A program made the position numbers and the translations under genes. 64,000 bases of DNA from positions 1,146-65,145 of the forward strand of contig JAFWBD010000047.1 of assembly GCA_017507325.1 (NCBI GenBank), read 5' to 3'. Below the pieces are notes generated by a model. It was given only the letters and a program-made list of their open reading frames with translations. It had not been told where the DNA came from and did no database searches. Positions 49,280 to 57,996 of this stretch are shown here, piece by piece; the stretch's first letter is position 1, and every line of letters begins with the position of its first letter. Origin of the DNA: Clostridia bacterium. GTDB taxonomy: Bacteria > Bacillota > Clostridia > Oscillospirales > SIG627.

Positions 49280-50800
49280 ATGAAAAACAGCATTTTCCGC
49301 CGATCCACCTCGTGGATCCTCCTGCTGGCCACCCTCGTGTGCGCCGCACTCCCGCTTTTAACCTCCTGTACCGATACCACTCCCGCTACCGGTACGCAGA
49401 CCCAAACCGGTGAGCCCACCACGGAAGAGGCCGGCACCACCGCAGGGGAAACCGAGGAGGAAAACACCCACGTCAGACCCACCATCGACTTTACCATTCC
49501 CGATGACAAAAACCTTGTAAAAATGCTCGAAACCGTGCCCCTCGCCAATGCCAATATGACCGAGGCTGAGCTGCGCGACGTAGTTTTGAAGTTTATGAAG
49601 GTACAGCTGACCTTTGCCTACACCCCCGATTTCGGCGACAATTACGACGAAAGCTCCTATACCTATTACATCAAGAACCTCAAGAGCCTTTACGGCGGCC
49701 AGGAGGGTACCAGAATCACCTTTGAAGAGGGCAAGGCCTACGGCGGCGTCCCCTATAAGGGAAATACCTGCGGCACCATTTACCGCTGGCTCCCCTTCTA
49801 TGAGGAAGAAACCGGCTTTATGGATTGGGAACCCATCATCAATTCTCAAAGACTGAATTGGAAGAACGCCGACAACGGCGAAATTTGGCCCAACGTAGGA
49901 AGCTCCGTATTCGGCAACTCCTGCTCCTCCGCTTGCTTCTGGGCTTGGGGCAGAGTTACCAACCAGCTCAAGGGACCCTGGTGTGCCAGCTGGCTCCCCT
50001 CCAACGGCTACGTTCAGGTTGGTGATTATCAGCTCGGCGCTGACAACAAGAGAGCCGAGGGCAATGATGCGATCCTTGCCGCCAACGGCAGACAGAAAAT
50101 GTATCAGGCTTACGCGCAGGTGAAGGCCGCCGACGGCTTTGTCAGCGACGGACACGCCACCATGGCCATTTCCGATGCCCACGTGGTCTACAATGCCAAC
50201 GGCACCATCAACGGAACCGAAAGCTACGTTCTCATTGCTGAGCAGAAGGCTTCCTTCTTGACCGCTTCTCCCGCAAAGGGCGGTGTGGATCTCTATTCCC
50301 CTATGAATTCCGAAGGCGCCACCTACCGCATTATGGGTAACTGGCCCGGCACCATCGTAAACGAAAAGGTTAAGGAGATGAAGTGGAACTTCGTTTATCT
50401 CTTCGATACCGGTTACCTTCCCTTTACCATTCCGGAATTCTCCGGTGCCGATCCCGTGGAAAAGGCTGAAGCAAGCATGAGTCACCCCTCCGAAACCATC
50501 AAATTCCACACCATCAAAGCGAAGACCATCACCTCCAACTACTGCATTTCCGACGTAACGATCAACGTAAAGAACAAGGACGGCAAGATCGTATACTCCG
50601 GCTTTTACTGCCCCACCGGCGTTCCCTCCAAAACCGTCAGCTTGGAAGGCGCGCTTCTGAACAACGTGATCTACAAGAACAAGGGCGCCATCAATCTGGC
50701 TCTCTCGGGCTATACCGACGGCAACTACACCCTTGAGGTTCAGTGCCGCGTTTCCACCGGTGAGCTGTTTACCGTTTACACCGGAACCATCACCGAGTAA
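49280..50800 (+). CDS. Paralog 1 of an uncharacterised lipoprotein family (506 aa)
   Basis: Lipobox LLTSC and a Thr/Glu-rich linker. Shared motifs are LQLTFAYTPD, YRWLPFY..ETGFMDWEP, FGNSCSSACFWAW, DGHATMAISDAHVVY, PFTIPE and CRVSTGE. Confidence 0.85.
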   Translation: MKNSIFRRSTSWILLLATLVCAALPLLTSCTDTTPATGTQTQTGEPTTEEAGTTAGETEEENTHVRPTIDFTIPDDKNLVKMLETVPLANANMTEAELRDVVLKFMKVQLTFAYTPDFGDNYDESSYTYYIKNLKSLYGGQEGTRITFEEGKAYGGVPYKGNTCGTIYRWLPFYEEETGFMDWEPIINSQRLNWKNADNGEIWPNVGSSVFGNSCSSACFWAWGRVTNQLKGPWCASWLPSNGYVQVGDYQLGADNKRAEGNDAILAANGRQKMYQAYAQVKAADGFVSDGHATMAISDAHVVYNANGTINGTESYVLIAEQKASFLTASPAKGGVDLYSPMNSEGATYRIMGNWPGTIVNEKVKEMKWNFVYLFDTGYLPFTIPEFSGADPVEKAEASMSHPSETIKFHTIKAKTITSNYCISDVTINVKNKDGKIVYSGFYCPTGVPSKTVSLEGALLNNVIYKNKGAINLALSGYTDGNYTLEVQCRVSTGELFTVYTGTITE

Positions 50801-50827
50801 ACAAGCGGGAATCGTTTTGGAGATTTT

Positions 50828-52336
50828 ATGAAACGTATTTTTCCCAAAATCATTACGTCCGTTTTATGTTCGGCCATTCTTCTTTCCGCTCTGCTTCCCC
50901 TTCTCTCCTCCTGCACGGGAGGAGAGGAGGGCGGCCGGACCCTTCCCGAAAGCACCTTGACCGAAGAAGGCAATGCCTCTCCCACCGAGGAGACCGAGGA
51001 GATCAAGGTAAGACCGCAAATCGATTTTGTGATCCCCGAGGACAAAAATCTTGCCATTCAATTGGAACAGATTCCCATCGCCCGTGAGGGAATGAGTGAG
51101 GCGGAATTGCGCAGCATTGTATTGAAATTTTTCAAATTGCAGTTAACCTTTGCCTACACCCCCGATTTTGGAGAAGAGATGGATTCATACTCCTATTATA
51201 TCTCTGCATTAAACAAGCTTTACGGCTACGACGGGTGCAAGATCACCTTTGAGGAAGGCAAGGCTTACGGCGGTGTCCCTTATATGCAGGCGACCTGCGG
51301 AACCGCATACCGTTGGCTGGCCTTTTACGACAGAGAGACCGGCTTTATGGATTGGGAGCCCATCATCAATTCCCGCCGCCTGAATTGGTCCAACTCCGGC
51401 GGAACCACCTACCCCGATGCGGGAAGCTATATTTTCGGTAATTCCTGCTCCTCCTCCTGCTTTTGGGCATTCGCGCGCGTCAGCAATGAATTGAACTCCT
51501 GCTGGACTGCAGGCTGGAGCCCCAATAACGGCTTTGTGAAGGTGGGCGATTTTGAGCTGAACGAAAGCGGCACCATCGGGGACAGCAGTAAAACGCTTAC
51601 CGCCATGAACGGAAAGCAAAAAATGTACAATGCATACGCCCTGATCAAGGGCGGCGACGGATTGGTTCATACCGGCCACGCCGTTATGGCGATTGAGGAT
51701 GCTCACGTGGTCTATCAATCCAACGGACTGATCGACGGCGAAAACAGCTATATTATCTACGCTGAGCAGCAGGCACACTTCAGAACCGCCTCCCCGCTGG
51801 ATGGCGGCGTAGAGCTTTACTCTCCCTTGAACGGCGACGGTGCCACCTTCCGCATTCAGGGCTTCTACCCCGGTACCGTAATGAACGGCCAGGTAAAAGA
51901 GATGAAGTGGACCTTCAACACCCTTTATGAAAAAGGGTATTTCCCCTTCACCATTCCGGAATATTCCGGTGCGGCCCCCATAGAGCCGGCAACCGCCACC
52001 ATCGGCCATGATTCCGACAAAATCCGTCTTTCCGGCTTGAGGATGAAAACCCTTTCCTCCAATTACTACGTTTCCGACGTACACTTCTCCGTAAAGGATG
52101 CAAACGGAAAAGAGGTTTTCACCGCCGTTTACTGCAGTGACGGAAAAACCTCCGCTCATTCTATGAAAAACGTCCCCTTAAACCCTGCTCTCTTTGCAAA
52201 TCCCATTTACGATTCCAAAGGATATATTAACTTCAATTTGTCAAAATATACCGACGGCAATCACACCCTTGAAATCCAATGCCGCGTTTCCACCGGTGAA
52301 ATGCTCAGTGCTTACGTCGGCACCTTAACGGAGTAA
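50828..52336 (+). CDS. Paralog 2 of the lipoprotein family (502 aa)
   Basis: Lipobox LLSSC, with FGNSCSSSCFWAF and TGHAVMAIEDAHVVY. It starts 27 nt after paralog 1. Confidence 0.85.
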   Translation: MKRIFPKIITSVLCSAILLSALLPLLSSCTGGEEGGRTLPESTLTEEGNASPTEETEEIKVRPQIDFVIPEDKNLAIQLEQIPIAREGMSEAELRSIVLKFFKLQLTFAYTPDFGEEMDSYSYYISALNKLYGYDGCKITFEEGKAYGGVPYMQATCGTAYRWLAFYDRETGFMDWEPIINSRRLNWSNSGGTTYPDAGSYIFGNSCSSSCFWAFARVSNELNSCWTAGWSPNNGFVKVGDFELNESGTIGDSSKTLTAMNGKQKMYNAYALIKGGDGLVHTGHAVMAIEDAHVVYQSNGLIDGENSYIIYAEQQAHFRTASPLDGGVELYSPLNGDGATFRIQGFYPGTVMNGQVKEMKWTFNTLYEKGYFPFTIPEYSGAAPIEPATATIGHDSDKIRLSGLRMKTLSSNYYVSDVHFSVKDANGKEVFTAVYCSDGKTSAHSMKNVPLNPALFANPIYDSKGYINFNLSKYTDGNHTLEIQCRVSTGEMLSAYVGTLTE

Positions 52337-52341
52337 TGTTT

Positions 52342-53853
52342 ATGAAAAATTCGCATCATTCCCGAAGAGTCACCGCGCTGATCTTATCTTTGATCTTTGC
52401 TGTTTTACCCCTGTTAACCGCCTGCCGGACCGAACCCTCCGTAACGGAGGGTTCGCAAACGCAAACACAAACGCAAGCGGGAACCGAGACCGATGGCGGC
52501 GGCGCCGCAACGGAAGAAAAAAAGGTTCGCCCCAAAATTGATTTTGTGATCCCCGAGGACAAAAATCTTGCCATTCAATTGGAAAAGATTCCCATCGCCC
52601 GTGAGGGAATGAGCGAAAAGGAATTGAGAGAAATCGTTCTGCAATTCATGGAGCTGCAATTGACCTTTGCCTATACCCCCGATTTCGGGGACGAGGAAAA
52701 TTCCGCCTTTGTTCATTCGATTCCCGCCCTAAATAAGCACTACGGGTTTGACGGCTGTCAGATCACCTATGCGGAAGGAAAGGCTTACGGCGGAATGCCC
52801 TATATGCAGGCAACCTGCGGCTCCGTTTACCGCTGGCTTCCCTTTTACGATGCCGAAACCGGCTTTATGGATTGGGAGCCCGTTGTCAGAACCCAGCGTC
52901 TGAATTGGTACGTCTCCTCCGATCCCAACACCATCTATCCCAATGCGGGCAGTTACATTTTCGGCAACACCTGCGCCTCCTCCGTGTTCTGGGCCTACGG
53001 CAGAGTTTCCAACTCCATCAAATCCTGCTGGTCCAACGGCTGGAGCATTGCCAACGGCTTTGTGAAGGTGGGCGAATATCAGCTCACCGAGAGTGAATCC
53101 GTCACCGATCGCAGTAAGGACATCACCGAAATGAACGGCAAGCAGAAAATGTACCGTTCTTACGCCGCAGTCAAGGGCGCGGACAGCCTGGTTCATACGG
53201 GCCACGCCATTCTGGCAACCGCGGACGCCCACGTGGAATACCATCCCAACGGTACCATTGACGGAGAGAAGAGCTATCTTCTCATTGCCGAGCAGAAGGC
53301 CTCCTTTTTGACCGCAGCCCCCAATCAGGGCGGCGTGGATCTGTATTCCCCCTTGAATTCCGACGGCGCCACCTACCGCATTATGGGTAACTGGCCGGGC
53401 ATTACCATCAACGGTAAGGTCAACGAGATGAAGTGGACCTTCTCCTATCTGTACGAGAACGGCTACATTCCCTTTACCATTCCCGAGCTCGTTGGTCAAG
53501 CCCCCGTGGAGAAGGCCACCGTCAGTTTCAGCTACTCGAAAGACAGCGTTGAGCTGTACAAGCTCAAATCCATGGTCATCACCGCCAACTACTACATTTC
53601 CGACTTGGAATTTGTGGTAAAGGATCAGAGCGGTAAAGAGGTATTCCGCGGTGTCTACTGCGGAAAGGGCTCTCAGATCGTGGATTCGATCACCCTTTCG
53701 GATGCCCTTTTATACAATCCCATTTACGAAAACAAGGGCTATCTCAATTTAAATCTGACCCAATATACCGACGGAACACACACCCTTGAGATCGGTTGCC
53801 GTGTCTCCACCGGTGAAATGCTTCCCGTTTATTCCGGAACCTTATTGGAGTAA
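52342..53853 (+). CDS. Paralog 3 of the lipoprotein family (503 aa)
   Basis: Lipobox LLTAC, with FGNTCASSVFWAY and TGHAILATADAHVEY. The ATG at 52342 lies 9 nt after GGAG. The ATG at 52336 overlaps the previous stop and is the alternative. Confidence 0.85.
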   Translation: MKNSHHSRRVTALILSLIFAVLPLLTACRTEPSVTEGSQTQTQTQAGTETDGGGAATEEKKVRPKIDFVIPEDKNLAIQLEKIPIAREGMSEKELREIVLQFMELQLTFAYTPDFGDEENSAFVHSIPALNKHYGFDGCQITYAEGKAYGGMPYMQATCGSVYRWLPFYDAETGFMDWEPVVRTQRLNWYVSSDPNTIYPNAGSYIFGNTCASSVFWAYGRVSNSIKSCWSNGWSIANGFVKVGEYQLTESESVTDRSKDITEMNGKQKMYRSYAAVKGADSLVHTGHAILATADAHVEYHPNGTIDGEKSYLLIAEQKASFLTAAPNQGGVDLYSPLNSDGATYRIMGNWPGITINGKVNEMKWTFSYLYENGYIPFTIPELVGQAPVEKATVSFSYSKDSVELYKLKSMVITANYYISDLEFVVKDQSGKEVFRGVYCGKGSQIVDSITLSDALLYNPIYENKGYLNLNLTQYTDGTHTLEIGCRVSTGEMLPVYSGTLLE

Positions 53854-53896
53854 CGCAATACGATTGGATCCGCATTCTTGTTTCAAGGAGGTAGCA

Positions 53897-55396
53897 ATGA
53901 ACTCTTTCTTTTCTCGTAAATGCATCGCATCGCTTCTTTTGCTGGCAACGCTTGTCGGCACCGCTCTCCCCCTTCTTTCTTCCTGCGACGGTGCAGCTCC
54001 CGCCACCGAAACCAAAACCGTAGCCTCCACCGAGGAAACGGGTACAGGCGAGACTGCCCCCGCAACCAAAGAAAAGGAACGGCCCAACGTTGCCAAGGGT
54101 GTCATTCCCGAGGAAAAAAATCTGGTTTTGCAAATGGAAAAGATTCCCATCGCCAACAGCTCCATGACGGAGGATCAGCTGCGGGATATCATTTTGCAAT
54201 TTATGAAGCTTCAGCTGACCTTTGCTTATACCCCCGATCTGGGTGACCGCGAGGATTACGGATATTATATTTCCGCCATTTCCGATGCCTACGACGTGAA
54301 TATCAACGACGAAAGCATTGACAACTGCAAGGTTACGTTCCAAGAAGAGAAATACTACGGCGGCATTTTCTACTGCGGACAGACCCACGGCTCCGTTTAC
54401 CGCTGGCTTCCCTTTTACGATGCCGAAACCGGCATTATGGATTTTGAGCCCATCATCAACTCCCGCCGCATCAACTACAAGGATAAGTGGCCCGACGGCG
54501 GAAGCGGTATATTCGGAAATTCCTGCTCCTCTGCCGTATTTTGGGCCTTCTGCCGCGTTTCCAATAAATTGACCAGTTGCTGGACGGCTCATTGGAGCCC
54601 GAAATACGGCTTTGTCAAGGTGGGTGATTTCACCCTCTCCGAGAACGATACCATTTCCGGCGACAGTGACCAGATCGCATCCAAAAACGGTTCTCAGAAG
54701 ATGTACCGCGCCTATGCGCAGGTGCAAAAGGCCGACGGATTGGTTCACTCCGGCCACGCCATTATGGCGGTGGAGGACGCCCACGTGGAATACCACCCCA
54801 ACGGCACCATCGACGGCGAAAACAGCTACATCATTTTCTGTGAGCAAAAGGCCTCCTTCCTGACGGGCTCCCCTGAGGACGGCGGCGTGGATCTTTCCTA
54901 TCCCTTGAATGACAGCGGTGCCGTTTATCGCGTTCAAGGCAACTTTCCCGGCACCTGCACCCGTGAAAAGTGGAACTTCTCCTACCTTTATTCCAAGGGC
55001 TGGTTCCCCTTTACCATTCCGGAGCTTGCAGGACTGGATCCCGTGGAGGATCCCGTTGTGGAGATCAACCACGAGGGCGATACCATAAAGTATTCCGCCC
55101 TCCGCTCCAAGGCCATTACCGCCAACTATATCATTTCCGATATTCACCTTACCGTTACCGATCGGAGCGGCAAAGAATGCTTCACCGGTATGTATGCCGT
55201 TCCCAGCGGCGGAGCCGAGGCGCTGTGGCGCGTGGGTCTCAACACCGCTCTCTACAGCAACACCCTTTACGGAAACAAGGGTCATATCGGATGGAACCTT
55301 TCCGAGTACACAAACGGAAATTACACGCTGAATATCGATTGCCGCATTTCTACGGGTGCTTTGATCCGCGTATATTCCGGAACCCTGGTTGAATAA
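53897..55396 (+). CDS. Paralog 4 of the lipoprotein family (499 aa)
   Basis: Lipobox LLSSC, with FGNSCSSAVFWAF and SGHAIMAVEDAHVEY. AAGGAGG lies upstream of the ATG at 53897. Confidence 0.85.
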   Translation: MNSFFSRKCIASLLLLATLVGTALPLLSSCDGAAPATETKTVASTEETGTGETAPATKEKERPNVAKGVIPEEKNLVLQMEKIPIANSSMTEDQLRDIILQFMKLQLTFAYTPDLGDREDYGYYISAISDAYDVNINDESIDNCKVTFQEEKYYGGIFYCGQTHGSVYRWLPFYDAETGIMDFEPIINSRRINYKDKWPDGGSGIFGNSCSSAVFWAFCRVSNKLTSCWTAHWSPKYGFVKVGDFTLSENDTISGDSDQIASKNGSQKMYRAYAQVQKADGLVHSGHAIMAVEDAHVEYHPNGTIDGENSYIIFCEQKASFLTGSPEDGGVDLSYPLNDSGAVYRVQGNFPGTCTREKWNFSYLYSKGWFPFTIPELAGLDPVEDPVVEINHEGDTIKYSALRSKAITANYIISDIHLTVTDRSGKECFTGMYAVPSGGAEALWRVGLNTALYSNTLYGNKGHIGWNLSEYTNGNYTLNIDCRISTGALIRVYSGTLVE

Positions 55397-55414
55397 TCTC
55401 TTAGGAGGAACAAA

Positions 55415-56938
55415 ATGAAATCCCGATTTTCCCGCAAATGCACCGCTTTTCTTCTCCTGCTGGCAACGCTTGTCGGCACCGCGCTCCCCCTTCTTTCTTC
55501 CTGTGACAGCACGCCCCCCGCTACCACCGAGAACCTGACCGAAACCGAGGCTACCACCACCGAAGAGGAGCTTGTCCTCAAGCCCTATGATGAGGAAACG
55601 TGGGAAAAGCCAAACGTTGCCACGGGTGTGATCCCCGAAAACAAGAATCTGGTTCTGGAAATGGAAAAAATTCCGATCGCCAACGATTCTATGACCGAGG
55701 CCGAATTGCGCGCCATCATTCTGCGCTTTGCCGAGCTTCAGCTCACCTTCGCTTACACCCCCGATCTGCGTGACCGCGAGGATTACGGCTATTACGTTTC
55801 CGCCATTGCCGATTCTTACGGTGCCGATTACAACAGCGGAACGCTGGATAACTGCAAAATTATGTACTACGAAGAAAAGTACTACGGCGGTATTCCCTAT
55901 ATGGGTCAAACCCACGGCTCCGTTTACCGCTGGCTTCCCCTTTACGATGCCGAAACCGGCCTTGTGGATTGGGAACCCATCATCAACACCCGCCGCATCA
56001 ATTACAAGGACAAATGGCCCGACGGCGGAAGCGAATATTTCGGGAACACCTGCTCCTCCAACGTTTTCTGGGCCTTCGCCCGCGTGACCAATAAGCTCGG
56101 CAACTGCTGGACCGCAGGCTGGGGTACCAAATACGGCTACGTTAAGGTAGGTGACTTTGATCTCCCCGAAAGCGGGCAAATCTCCAGCAACAGTAAGGAC
56201 GTTACGCAGAAAAACGGCAGACAGAAAATGTATCGCGCTTATGCCCTTGTGAAGGGTGCGGACGGCCTGGTTCACACCGGACACGCTATTATGGCGGTGA
56301 AGGATGCCCACGTGGTCTACAACACCAACGGCACCATCAACGGCGATGAAAGCTATATCATTTTCTGCGAGCAAAAAGCCTCCTTCTTAACCGCATCCCC
56401 AAAGGATGGCGGCGTGGATCTCTCCTACCCCTTGAATTCGAACGGCGTAACCTATCGCATTCAAGGCAACTGGCCCGGAACGGTTGCCAACGGAAAGCTC
56501 AAGGAGATGAAATGGACCTTTACTTATCTCTATGAGCACGGCTGGCTTCCTTTCACCATTCCGGAGCTTGTAGGTCAGGATCCCATTGAAAAAGCCACCG
56601 CCACCATGGGTCACAACAGCGATACCATTAAGCTCTCCGCACTGAAATTGAAGACGGTCACCTCCAACTACTACATTTCCGACGTTCAATTCACCGTTTT
56701 GGACAAGAAGGGTAACAAGCTCTTTAACGCGATGTACGCCGAAGGCAACGTTGGTGCCAATGGGCTCTTCTCCCTTGAACTTTCCAATGCCCTTTTCAAC
56801 AACCCCTTCTATTCCAACAAAGCTCGCGTCAATCTGGCTCTTTCCGAATATGCCGATAAAGACTGCACCTTGATTATCGATTGCCGCGTTTCCACGGGTG
56901 AATTGATCCGTATGTTCGAAGGAACTTTGACACAGTAA
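55415..56938 (+). CDS. Paralog 5 of the lipoprotein family (507 aa)
   Basis: Lipobox LLSSC, with FGNTCSSNVFWAF and TGHAIMAVKDAHVVY. AGGAGGA lies upstream. Confidence 0.85.
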   Translation: MKSRFSRKCTAFLLLLATLVGTALPLLSSCDSTPPATTENLTETEATTTEEELVLKPYDEETWEKPNVATGVIPENKNLVLEMEKIPIANDSMTEAELRAIILRFAELQLTFAYTPDLRDREDYGYYVSAIADSYGADYNSGTLDNCKIMYYEEKYYGGIPYMGQTHGSVYRWLPLYDAETGLVDWEPIINTRRINYKDKWPDGGSEYFGNTCSSNVFWAFARVTNKLGNCWTAGWGTKYGYVKVGDFDLPESGQISSNSKDVTQKNGRQKMYRAYALVKGADGLVHTGHAIMAVKDAHVVYNTNGTINGDESYIIFCEQKASFLTASPKDGGVDLSYPLNSNGVTYRIQGNWPGTVANGKLKEMKWTFTYLYEHGWLPFTIPELVGQDPIEKATATMGHNSDTIKLSALKLKTVTSNYYISDVQFTVLDKKGNKLFNAMYAEGNVGANGLFSLELSNALFNNPFYSNKARVNLALSEYADKDCTLIIDCRVSTGELIRMFEGTLTQ

Positions 56939-56965
56939 AATCCGCTTTTCTTGATTCTGATTTTT

Positions 56966-56998
56966 CCACCCTGCCGATTTCGGCAGGGTGGTTTTTTT
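56966..56998 (+). terminator. Rho-independent terminator closing the lipoprotein array
   Basis: An 11-bp perfect stem, ccaccctgccg pairing with cggcagggtgg, a 4-nt loop and a T7 tail. Confidence 0.8.
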
Positions 56999-57010
56999 GA
57001 CGGGAAGGCA

Positions 57011-57047
57011 CAAAAAAAGATGGGCAGAGAGCACTCTCTGTCCATCT
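57011..57047 (-). terminator. Rho-independent terminator of the convergent hydrolase/CotH operon
   Basis: The stem agatgggcagagag pairs with ctctctgtccatct (one G-U pair). The plus-strand A7 at 57012-57018 gives a T7 tail on the minus strand. Confidence 0.7.
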
Positions 57048-57992
57048 TTATGATGGATCGGATTTGGAAGCCTCCGCCCAAGGCTCGGATAAAAACGCTC
57101 GGATCTCAGCGATCACCTCATCCTTGCAAAAATCCAAGAGGATCTCGTGGCGGTAGCCCTCAAAAAGACGGTATCGGGATTTTTTCCCGTTTTTGACCAA
57201 GGCCTCATGGACCCAACGCACCCCCTTGCCGTAATCCCCCACGGGATCCTCCTTCCCCGAAAGAAGCAAAACGGATAAATGGGCAGGCGTCCTTCGAAAG
57301 CAAGCGCGGGAATTGGCACGGTGATGGAGGCGGATCAGATCCCCCAAGGCACTGACGGAAAAGGAAAAGATGCAATAGGGGTCGTCTCGGTAGCGGAGAA
57401 GATTTTGGGTATCCACCGTCAGCCAGCGATTGCGATAGTCTCCGGGAAAGCGGTGATCGTAATTCCCGAACACCAATTTTTTCATCAAGGGGGAAACGTG
57501 CCGCTTTCCGCAAAAGGCGGAAATCAAATCGGCAAGGATGATCCCCAAGGGCGCCAAGGGGTTTTTGCCTGCGGTGCCCATCAGAATCAGCTTTTGCGGG
57601 CATACCCCTTCCGTCACGGCAAGGCGGGCAATAAAAGAGCCCATACTGTGCCCGAAGAGAACGTAGGGCAAATCTTCCCCCAAGCGATTCCGAACGGTGC
57701 GGCCCGCCACGCCCACGTCCAAAACCAAATGACGCCAACCGTCTTTCTCGGCAATAAAGCCCAATTCGCTCCGATCCTTTGCCGTGTGCCCGTGACCCAA
57801 ATGATCGTAAGCAAAGGCGGCGTAGCCCTCGCGGGCCATCTCCTCCAGCAAAGCCTCGTAGCGAACCGTATATTCATTCATCCCGTGAAGGGCGTGAAAG
57901 ATTCCTTTGATTTCCCCCTCAGGACGATACAGCACCCCCGAAAGGGTATGGATCCCATCCGAGGAGGGAAAGCTGATACTTTCTTTTTTCAT
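57048..57992 (-). CDS. Alpha/beta hydrolase (lysophospholipase / monoacylglycerol-lipase-like)
   Basis: Contains the nucleophile elbow GHSMGS and the oxyanion HGM motif (ALHGMNEY). The ATG at 57992 avoids overlap with CotH. The track starts at 58022. Confidence 0.8.
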   Translation of the reverse strand: MKKESISFPSSDGIHTLSGVLYRPEGEIKGIFHALHGMNEYTVRYEALLEEMAREGYAAFAYDHLGHGHTAKDRSELGFIAEKDGWRHLVLDVGVAGRTVRNRLGEDLPYVLFGHSMGSFIARLAVTEGVCPQKLILMGTAGKNPLAPLGIILADLISAFCGKRHVSPLMKKLVFGNYDHRFPGDYRNRWLTVDTQNLLRYRDDPYCIFSFSVSALGDLIRLHHRANSRACFRRTPAHLSVLLLSGKEDPVGDYGKGVRWVHEALVKNGKKSRYRLFEGYRHEILLDFCKDEVIAEIRAFLSEPWAEASKSDPS

Positions 57993-57996
57993 GTTT

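Noticed and set aside
49750-49800. A second conserved Cys (T-C-G in AYGGVPY...TCGT.YRWL). It resembles the NlpC/P60 'Y.GG....C(S/G)' context and was considered as the catalytic nucleophile of the lipoprotein family.
   Set aside because: This position is His, not Cys, in paralogs 4 and 5 (QTHGSVYRWL), so it is not invariant. The FGN(S/T)C(S/A)S cysteine is invariant and is the better candidate.
53744-56374. An 876-aa minus-strand ORF that spans lipoprotein paralogs 4 and 5 and crosses their intergenic spacer.
   Set aside because: This is the same antisense artefact. The sense strand has RBSs, lipoboxes and five-fold conserved protein motifs. The antisense product has no recognisable features.
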